Origin: Dehalococcoidia bacterium
Lineage (GTDB): Bacteria > Chloroflexota > Dehalococcoidia > Plut-88900
Direction: 5' to 3'
DNA length: 64,000 nucleotides
Assembly (NCBI GenBank): GCA_965249275.1
Contig: CBDFLQ010000007.1
Coordinates: 832,001 to 896,000 of the forward strand
The translations under genes and the position numbers were made by a program. The notes under the pieces are model-generated. The model saw only the letters and a program-made list of their open reading frames with translations, searched no databases and was not told the DNA's origin. Of the stretch, positions 57,145 to 64,000 are shown one piece after another; positions within the stretch are counted from its first letter, which is position 1, and every line of letters begins with the position of its first letter.

Positions 57145-58164
57145 TCAGCGGGGGAAGCTCTCCTGTATGGAGTCGCTCATCAGATGTGCAAGATAGTTTA
57201 CTGCGGGAATGTTGCGCCGGTAGGCCATCCGCTTGGGACCAAACACCCCGATCACGCCCTTTATGCCGTCCGCAGCGCCATATTCGGATACGATAAGACT
57301 GAAGTGGCGCATCCTGGAGACCCTCACTTCGCCGCCAATGGCCACCCGGATCCCCGGCCCCGAGTAGACCTGCTCCATTATATTCTTGAGCCGACCCCTC
57401 TCCTCCAGGATTTCCATCATATCCCGCAGGATTTCCGCCTCGGCCAGTTCCGGTTGTTCGAAGATTTGCTGGAGACCTTCAAATAGGGGGTCTTCCAGGT
57501 CCCGCTGTTCCTCTTCTTCCATGAGTCCCTTGACCAGCCGGACCACATTCTCCTCCAACGGTGAAAGCTCGAGATCAGTATTCCCAATAGCCGACGGGGC
57601 TACGCCCTCGAAAAGGTGGTTGAGTTTATTGCTGACACGCGTCAATTCATTCCTGGGTACGTCCTGCTCTAATGAAATCATCTGGCGTAGTATCTTGGCG
57701 CCCCAAAGGACCACCAGGGTCATTACCATAAGATCTTGGACAGGGACGAGTTCGATGCGCTTCAGCCTGACCCGTGAGGGTTTTGGAGCAGTGGTTACTG
57801 CGAGGCTGCCGGTGAGTCTGGAAAGAGCCTCGGCTGCAGACCTTGCCCACCCTTCCTGGTCCATGGCCACGTGTACCAGCCGCCGCTTGATGTGACCCTT
57901 CTCCCTGGGACCGAGCACTGGGTTAGCGAGAAACTGCCTGATATATGTCCGATACCCCAAGTCGGTGGGCAGCCCCCCGGCAGAGGCGTGGGGTCTGGTG
58001 ATATACCCATCCTGTTCGAGGGTGGCCATCTCGGAGCGGACGGTGGCCGGGCTCAGGGCCTTGCCCCATTTTTTGGCGATGTGCTGGGAGCCCACGGGCG
58101 TGACAGTATCAATATGCCCCTCGACGATGGCATTGAGCACAGATTCTCTTCTTGCGGTTAACAA
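57145..58164 (-). CDS. hrcA: Heat-inducible transcription repressor HrcA
   Basis: PVGS, SPATVRSEM..LE..GY, PHASAG..PTDLGYR, GPKRMAY. TTG start. Confidence 0.95.
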   Translation of the reverse strand: MLTARRESVLNAIVEGHIDTVTPVGSQHIAKKWGKALSPATVRSEMATLEQDGYITRPHASAGGLPTDLGYRTYIRQFLANPVLGPREKGHIKRRLVHVAMDQEGWARSAAEALSRLTGSLAVTTAPKPSRVRLKRIELVPVQDLMVMTLVVLWGAKILRQMISLEQDVPRNELTRVSNKLNHLFEGVAPSAIGNTDLELSPLEENVVRLVKGLMEEEEQRDLEDPLFEGLQQIFEQPELAEAEILRDMMEILEERGRLKNIMEQVYSGPGIRVAIGGEVRVSRMRHFSLIVSEYGAADGIKGVIGVFGPKRMAYRRNIPAVNYLAHLMSDSIQESFPR

Positions 58165-58209
58165 AAAGGCCTCCTTGTAAGAGGTAGGGCCGTCCGCCTA
58201 AATACAGGT

Positions 58210-58236
58210 TTGGCACCCCGAGATTTGGAGTGCCAG
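58210..58236 (-). promoter_or_regulatory. CIRCE element (HrcA operator)
   Basis: CTGGCACTC-N9-GGGTGCCAA against consensus TTAGCACTC-N9-GAGTGCTAA, between the promoter and hrcA. Confidence 0.9.
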
Positions 58237-58245
58237 TTACTATCG

Positions 58246-58274
58246 AATTTATCAGCAGGTGTTAGATGTGTCAA
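58246..58274 (-). promoter_or_regulatory. Promoter of the hrcA operon
   Basis: TTGACA-17-TAAATT just upstream of CIRCE. Confidence 0.75.
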
Positions 58275-58341
58275 GTTGAACGGCAGTGTTGCGCCTGCCA
58301 ATCCGCTTTTCTATACTTTCAGAAGAAAGAAAGGTGAAGAG

Positions 58342-59007
58342 TTGGATATTATCTGGTTTGGTAGAAGGTGCTTTTCGATTCGGTCTCGTGACTTGGGGGT
58401 CGTGACGGACCCGTATGATCAAGTGCACGACAAGGTGGTGCGTGCCCCCTTCGTTAAAGCCGTAACATGGAGCGGTCCGCCTACCGGTCCCCCTTCCCTA
58501 TTCACACCGGAGGCCCAACTCGAACCCTCGAACGGGCGGTCATGGAGAGAAATCAGGGGCCCTGGTGAGTACGAAATCTCGGAAGTGTTGATTACGGGAG
58601 TCGGGACAGCGTACCAGAACACACTGGATGAGGATGGTGTCGGGGCTACGGGTAGGAATACCGTTTACGCCATAGAGGTAGAGGGCATTATAGTGTGCCA
58701 CCTCGGGGACCTGCAGAAGCCGTTGGATTCGGGGCAGGTGGAACGACTGGGAGACGTGAGTGTACTGGTCATGCCCATTGGTACGGCTGAGAGTGTGAAG
58801 GCGTCGGTGGAAACGGCCAGGGTCCTGGAACCACGTATAGTGGTGCCGATGGACTATCCGGGTCCAAGCTCATCGGAGTCCGAGGCGTTAGCCCGGTTCG
58901 TGAAGGAGATGGGGGTCCCGGCGCCCGAGGGCCAGCGACGTCTCCACGTGACGGCGTCCAGCATGCCGGACCAGACGCAAGTGGCGCTGCTGGAGAGTTC
59001 GGGATAA
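58342..59007 (+). CDS. Metallo-beta-lactamase-fold protein with degenerate metal site
   Basis: TDPY, GPGEYEI, CHLGDL, LEPRIVVPM motifs. TTG start after AAGGTG; promoter TTGCGC-17-TATACT at 58289-58317. Confidence 0.75.
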   Translation: MDIIWFGRRCFSIRSRDLGVVTDPYDQVHDKVVRAPFVKAVTWSGPPTGPPSLFTPEAQLEPSNGRSWREIRGPGEYEISEVLITGVGTAYQNTLDEDGVGATGRNTVYAIEVEGIIVCHLGDLQKPLDSGQVERLGDVSVLVMPIGTAESVKASVETARVLEPRIVVPMDYPGPSSSESEALARFVKEMGVPAPEGQRRLHVTASSMPDQTQVALLESSG

Positions 59008-59031
59008 CGGAAGGTTGTACGGGCAGTGCCC

Positions 59032-59961
59032 CTACAACCTTGGCAGCACCTGCTCCGCCAAAAGCTCGGCCTGTTCCTTAGGGTCGAACGCCGGAGCCAG
59101 CAGCACCAGATCTATCCCTTCCGCCATCACTTCGCGTAATCCCTCCGCCACCTCCTCTCGGTCTCCGTACACTGCAACCTTGGAGGCAAGAGTCGGGTCT
59201 CCGTAGATAAACCCCATCATCTCTTCAAGTTTGCGTAGTGCCCTTGGCTTGTTTGAGTCCAGCGCCAGATACACCCGCTTCGAAAGAGGAAACTGGGCCT
59301 GACTCTTGCCTTCTTCCTCCATGAACCCCCTCAATATGCGTACGTGCTCCCGGAATTCCTCCGTCGATGTAGCACCCGAACCCATCCACCCATCCCCCGA
59401 CTTCACCGACCTCCGGAGAGCAGGCAAGGCCCGGGACCCGAACCACACGGGCGGGTGAGGCTTCTGGGCAGGTCTGGGGCTGATTGATACTCCTTCCATA
59501 TCCCAGAACTTCCCATTGAACGTCACGCTCTCCTTAGTCCAAAGCTCCTTCATCAGCTCCAGCCCCTCGACGAATCGAGTCAGCCGGTCTTCCGGCTTCA
59601 TCCCGAATGCCGGGTAGTGCTCGCGGTGCACTCCTACAGTCACCCCGAGGATGAACCTCCCATTAGATAGTTGGTCCAGGCTGGCAACGGCCTTCGCTAG
59701 GAATATCGGGTTCCAGAATGCTGATGTCAGCGCCGAGACCCCCAACTTCACCTTCGAGGTCAGCGCCGCTGCATAGGAAAGCAACGGGAACGGCTCAAGG
59801 TTAGGCACTCGGCTGAACACTCCTTCGCCTACCCACGCGCTGTCGTAGCCCAGTTCTTCCAAGCGAGTTAGGAAGTCGCCTATGTATCGGGTATCAACAA
59901 CACCGTCCGGGAATTTCTGGGGAATCGCAACGCCGAACTTGGTCGTGCTACTATCTGTCAT
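59032..59961 (-). CDS. LLM-class flavin-dependent oxidoreductase (luciferase-like)
   Basis: EELGYDSAWVGE, LAKAVASLDQLSNGRFILG, PRPAQKPHPPVWFG. Confidence 0.92.
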   Translation of the reverse strand: MTDSSTTKFGVAIPQKFPDGVVDTRYIGDFLTRLEELGYDSAWVGEGVFSRVPNLEPFPLLSYAAALTSKVKLGVSALTSAFWNPIFLAKAVASLDQLSNGRFILGVTVGVHREHYPAFGMKPEDRLTRFVEGLELMKELWTKESVTFNGKFWDMEGVSISPRPAQKPHPPVWFGSRALPALRRSVKSGDGWMGSGATSTEEFREHVRILRGFMEEEGKSQAQFPLSKRVYLALDSNKPRALRKLEEMMGFIYGDPTLASKVAVYGDREEVAEGLREVMAEGIDLVLLAPAFDPKEQAELLAEQVLPRL

Positions 59962-61687
59962 TCGTATTTCCGAGTCCTCTCAGTTTATTGGTCTTCGCTG
60001 AGTCCAGGGTCAGGGCTTCGGGGTGGATGTCAACTTTGTATATTTCTCTGGCAGCGTCTACCGACACGTAGCCGTCAAGCACGTCTCTCAACACGGCCTC
60101 AGGGTCACGTTCCTCAGGAATCCCATACCCACCTGACCCCGACAACGTAGTGCTCACAACATCATTGGCCCGCAGGCGGTATGTCCCCTTGGAGTGGAAT
60201 GGCTCTTCGGCGGGGGTGTCGGGGTTGCGTAGCGTGCGGCCTAACGGCCCTCCCGTTCCACCAAGTAAACCCTGCGGATGGGTGATCTGCCGGTCGGTCA
60301 AGTTGGAGAAAACCACGTCGCCGGTAAGGACGCGGACGTCCTTGCGCATGGCCGTGCCACCCCGATAACGGCCCGGGCCTCCGCTGTCGGTCACGAACTG
60401 GAGACGGTCAATCATCACCGGGTAGGTCGCCTCCACCACTTCGACAGGGATGTTCTCCAGGTTGAACGCCGAGCAGAGCCCGTCCGCCCCATCCTTGGTA
60501 GGCCGTGCTCCAACCCCACCGATGATCATTTCGTAGTACACGAAAGGTTTGCCTGACTTGGGGTCAATCCCTCCATAGTTCGGGTTGGCCCAATGAGAGC
60601 TGTTGGCTATGACTCTGTCGGGGGCGGCCTTGGACATTGCCAGCAGGATGGTGTCTACCATGCGCTGCTGCATTATGGCTCGGGGCCCGACCGCAGCCGG
60701 AGGCCGCGGATTAAACAGGCTTCCCTCCGGGGCGATCACCTCAATGGGCCGGATGCAGCCCGCGTTTTGGGGCACCCTGTCCTGCACCGTGAGGGCCTTA
60801 AGCGTAAAGTAGGAGTAGGCCCTAGTGTAGTTGAACGTGGAGTTCAGGCCAGATCGCGTCTGGGGACTGCTCCCCGTGAAATCGACCGTTAAGCCACCAT
60901 ATTTCACTCGGACAGCCACCTTAACCGTCAGTGGGCCCGTGTCCTGGCCGAAGTCGTCGAAATAGTCCTCGGCTTCGTACACTCCCTCCGGTAACTCTCG
61001 GATCGCGCTCCGCATGGATTCCTCAGACCGAACTAGGATTTGGGACATGCACTCCCGCAGCGTATCCATCCCATACGACTCTGCCAACCCCACCACACCT
61101 GCCTCCCCGATCCTGTTGGCATTCCTCTGTGCCTGCAGGTCCCCCATCACCTTGTCCGGCACCCGCACATTGGACTCCAGCATCCTCAACACCTCGCGGT
61201 TGGGTCGGCCCCCGTGATAGATGCGGGTAGGCAGGAACCTGATGCCCTCCTGGTAAAGGTCCAGGCTATCGACCGCCTGAGAACCCGGGCCCGCTCCTCC
61301 CACGTCGACCATGTGGGCACAGTTTGCAGCGAACCCCAGAAGCTCTCCATTTAGAAAGATGGGGCTTACCTGGAAGAAGTCGGGGAGGTGGCCCGACCCG
61401 AGGTACGGGTCATTCAGCAGTATGGAGTCCCCTTCCTCCAGTTCCTCGACCGGGTATTCTTCGATGATGTGCTTGACTACGAAGGGCATCGACCCGAGGT
61501 GACCGGGACTAAAGTTCCCTTGGGCGATCAGCCTCCCCTGCGCGTCGAACAGTGCGGTGGAGAAGTCTCGTCCTTCCCGCACCCCGAGGGAGTAGGCAGA
61601 GCGGCGCAATGCAGTGCCCATCTCCTCGGCTATCGAAACCAGGCCGTTCCAGACCACGCTGAAAGTTACCGTATCTATCTCGCTCAT
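59951..61687 (-). CDS. Hydantoinase B/oxoprolinase family protein
   Basis: EEMG..LRRSAYS..REGRDFS, NDPYLGSGHLPD, DSGGPGRYRGG, GSGGYG. Confidence 0.93.
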   Translation of the reverse strand: MSEIDTVTFSVVWNGLVSIAEEMGTALRRSAYSLGVREGRDFSTALFDAQGRLIAQGNFSPGHLGSMPFVVKHIIEEYPVEELEEGDSILLNDPYLGSGHLPDFFQVSPIFLNGELLGFAANCAHMVDVGGAGPGSQAVDSLDLYQEGIRFLPTRIYHGGRPNREVLRMLESNVRVPDKVMGDLQAQRNANRIGEAGVVGLAESYGMDTLRECMSQILVRSEESMRSAIRELPEGVYEAEDYFDDFGQDTGPLTVKVAVRVKYGGLTVDFTGSSPQTRSGLNSTFNYTRAYSYFTLKALTVQDRVPQNAGCIRPIEVIAPEGSLFNPRPPAAVGPRAIMQQRMVDTILLAMSKAAPDRVIANSSHWANPNYGGIDPKSGKPFVYYEMIIGGVGARPTKDGADGLCSAFNLENIPVEVVEATYPVMIDRLQFVTDSGGPGRYRGGTAMRKDVRVLTGDVVFSNLTDRQITHPQGLLGGTGGPLGRTLRNPDTPAEEPFHSKGTYRLRANDVVSTTLSGSGGYGIPEERDPEAVLRDVLDGYVSVDAAREIYKVDIHPEALTLDSAKTNKLRGLGNTNDR

Positions 61688-61697
61688 TGCCTTACGT

Positions 61698-63761
61698 CTA
61701 TTCTTCAATCTCGACCAGGATGTTGCCGAAACGATCAAGGGTGGCTTTGTCTCCCGGCAGGAGCACGACTGTCGATTCCTCTTCTTCAACAATGGCAGGC
61801 CCGGTGATCACGGCGTCTCTCCCCAACCCCGTTCTCGCGTACACGGGGGTATCCACGAAGCCCCCCACTTCAGGGAAGTAGGCCGGTCTACGGGAAACGG
61901 GCACTGGGTCAGACCCACTTGGTAGTAACTCGGGCCACCGGAACTCACCCCTGGAATGAATAGCCCTTAGCTTCCAGCCCGTGGCCCGTACTGGCTGGTC
62001 GGGCTGCGCGTACCCGAAGGTCTCCGCATATTTTTCGTGAAAAGCAGACCTGAGATCATCTACGCCTTCGGCGTCGAGGGGGACTGGGGGCAGGGGTACG
62101 TCAATGTCGAATCCCTGTCCCTCGTAGTGCATATCCGCAGACGCTGCGAACTCTACGCCATCCGTCACACCATTCTCCCGCATAATGGCTCGGCCTCCGG
62201 CCAACATCTCCTCATAGACCACGTTCACAGGGCCCAGCATGGACTCGTCGAGAGCAGTATCAAAGGTACGAGCGAGGTCGAAGACCGTATCTGCAGCCAA
62301 CAGTCCCGCCGCGGACCCGACTCCCGCCCCCGATGGCAACAGAACTCGAGAAATACCCATCTCTCGGGCCAGCCGGGAGGCATGAACAGGGCCCGCTCCA
62401 CCAAACCCGACAAGAGTGTAGCGACGGGGGTCCTTTCCCCTCTCGACCGTCGCCAGTCTGATGGCTCTCCTCATGTTGGAATTCACCACCGTATGCACGC
62501 CCCACGCCGCCTCTTCCATCGACAGGCCCAGCGGCTTCGCCAACCGTTCCTCGATACCGTTCTCCGCCGCCGCCTTGTCCAGCTTCATGCGTCCGCCCAG
62601 GAAATAGCCAGGATTTAAGTAACCCAATACCAGGTCTGCATCGGTGACCGTAGGTTCCACTCCTCCGGCGCCGTAGCAGATAGGGCCGGGACTCGCGCCT
62701 GCGCTATCCGGGCCAACGGCGATGGTTCCCATCTCTACCCTCGCTATACTGCCCCCACCCGCTCCGATCTCCACAAGGTCGATACCCGGTACACTGATAG
62801 GCAACCCACTGCCCGACTGCATCTTCATACGGCCGATCTCGATTTGGGAGGAAGTAGAGGGTGAACCGTTCTCAATGAGGCACACCTTGGCCGTCGTGCC
62901 TCCCATATCGAATGAGATCATGCGCTCAAGGCCCAAGGCCCCGCCTATGCTCGCGGCCATCAGCGCCCCTGCCGCCGGCCCCGACTCTATGACTCGCACC
63001 GGAGCATGGTTGATGATTTCAACCGTTGCGGTCCCGCCGTTGGCTTGCATCACCTGCAGGGGTCTGCTGTAACCCTGATTGCTCAAGGTGTCCTGAAATC
63101 CCCTCAAATATCCGCGAACCGCAGGCATCACGTAGGCGTTGGCGACCGCCGTGCTGGTGCGTTCATATTCCCGCCACTGGGGTGATATGTCACTGGACAG
63201 AGTAACCAGCGCCGAAGGGATTGTATCGAGGATGATCTCCCGCACCCGGCGCTCGTGGGCCGGGTTGGCGTAGGAGTGGAGAAGGGCCACTGCGAAGGAC
63301 TCGACTCCCAAGGCACCGAGCCTCTCAACTGCCTCGATGACACTATCCTCATCGAGAGGTTTCCAGACCTCGCCGGAGTGGGTCATCCGTTCATCCACCT
63401 CCCGGATGAAACGCCGAAACAGTAAAGGCTGCACCTTATCGAGGAACAAGTCGTAGATGTTAACCCGCAGCTGGCGCTGTATAAGAAGCACGTCTCGAAA
63501 CCCCTGAGTCGTGAGGAGACCCGTGACGGCGCCCTTGCGCTCGACCATCAGGTTGGATGCGACTGTAGTGGCATGGACCACCTGTTCCATCTCAGAGATC
63601 CCGCGCCCTTGCAGCACTCCTTCCAGCCCCTCGATAATTCCGGCGGTCAGGTCGGAGGGCCGGGTCGGGTGCTTGCCGACAGTAAGCCTGCCGGTCTCCC
63701 GGTCCTGGAGGACATAGTCGGTGAAGGTTCCGCCGACATCTATTCCGAGTCGATATCGCAA
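61698..63761 (-). CDS. Hydantoinase A/oxoprolinase family ATP-dependent subunit
   Basis: GIDVGGTFTD, ESGPAAG, FDMGGTT, IGAGGGSI, FGGAGP. TTG start. Confidence 0.94.
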   Translation of the reverse strand: MRYRLGIDVGGTFTDYVLQDRETGRLTVGKHPTRPSDLTAGIIEGLEGVLQGRGISEMEQVVHATTVASNLMVERKGAVTGLLTTQGFRDVLLIQRQLRVNIYDLFLDKVQPLLFRRFIREVDERMTHSGEVWKPLDEDSVIEAVERLGALGVESFAVALLHSYANPAHERRVREIILDTIPSALVTLSSDISPQWREYERTSTAVANAYVMPAVRGYLRGFQDTLSNQGYSRPLQVMQANGGTATVEIINHAPVRVIESGPAAGALMAASIGGALGLERMISFDMGGTTAKVCLIENGSPSTSSQIEIGRMKMQSGSGLPISVPGIDLVEIGAGGGSIARVEMGTIAVGPDSAGASPGPICYGAGGVEPTVTDADLVLGYLNPGYFLGGRMKLDKAAAENGIEERLAKPLGLSMEEAAWGVHTVVNSNMRRAIRLATVERGKDPRRYTLVGFGGAGPVHASRLAREMGISRVLLPSGAGVGSAAGLLAADTVFDLARTFDTALDESMLGPVNVVYEEMLAGGRAIMRENGVTDGVEFAASADMHYEGQGFDIDVPLPPVPLDAEGVDDLRSAFHEKYAETFGYAQPDQPVRATGWKLRAIHSRGEFRWPELLPSGSDPVPVSRRPAYFPEVGGFVDTPVYARTGLGRDAVITGPAIVEEEESTVVLLPGDKATLDRFGNILVEIEE

Positions 63762-63867
63762 CTAAAGCTCCATTGGAAAGCCGCCAAGTGTTTCGACGCC
63801 CATTATACCCACCCGGCCTCCAACCAAAGTGGTATCATCAACTCACACTTCCCCCAGGAGGATCCCG

Positions 63868-64000
63868 ATGCCAGACTACAAAATCACCGTAGGAAACGCA
63901 GAAGTCCTCTCCCTCACCGACGGCGCAGACCGAGCCCCTGCCACCACCCTTTTCCCAAAAGTAGCTCTCTCAGAGTGGGACGCTTACCCCGGCCTGGTCG
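63868..64000 (+). CDS. Partial CDS, probably an MBL-fold hydrolase N-terminus (runs off window)
   Basis: AGGAGG SD followed by MPDYKITVGNAEVLSLTDG...FP....WDAYP. Confidence 0.55.
   Translation, partial: MPDYKITVGNAEVLSLTDGADRAPATTLFPKVALSEWDAYPGLV

Noticed and set aside
1-64000. CRISPR arrays, rRNA, transposases/integrases, selenoprotein recoding
   Set aside because: No regularly spaced repeats, rRNA-like segments, recombinase motifs or in-frame TGA-broken genes were seen by eye.

Overview
A gene-dense, GC-rich bacterial window. Gene content and order suggest Chloroflexota, Dehalococcoidia/SAR202-like (inference). The left part holds core loci: tRNA-Thr/Tyr/Thr-tuf-rpmG-secE-nusG-rplKAJL, rpsA-clpC-radA-larE-methyltransferase-larC, rpsO-pnp-dapB-asd-dapA and purA. 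The middle is an accessory catabolic/sulfur region: ABC systems, GGT, class III aminotransferase, sulfite/nitrite reductase, M24 peptidase, an enolase-superfamily enzyme, a 4x rhodanese, a thiol dioxygenase, an S9 peptidase and an acetoin-dehydrogenase-like cluster with two E1-beta genes. The right part holds argF-der-plsY, a CIRCE-preceded hrcA-grpE-dnaJ-prmA cluster without dnaK, and hydantoinase A/B plus an LLM oxidoreductase. The most striking unannotated element is a candidate cysteine-sensing ribosome-mediated transcription attenuator upstream of the sulfite reductase: promoter, leader peptide MNNRYWLDSCVCMCRQ, and mutually exclusive 1:2, 2:3 and 3:4 helices. No CRISPR array, rRNA or intact mobile element was seen. 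All calls are by eye; no database searches were run.
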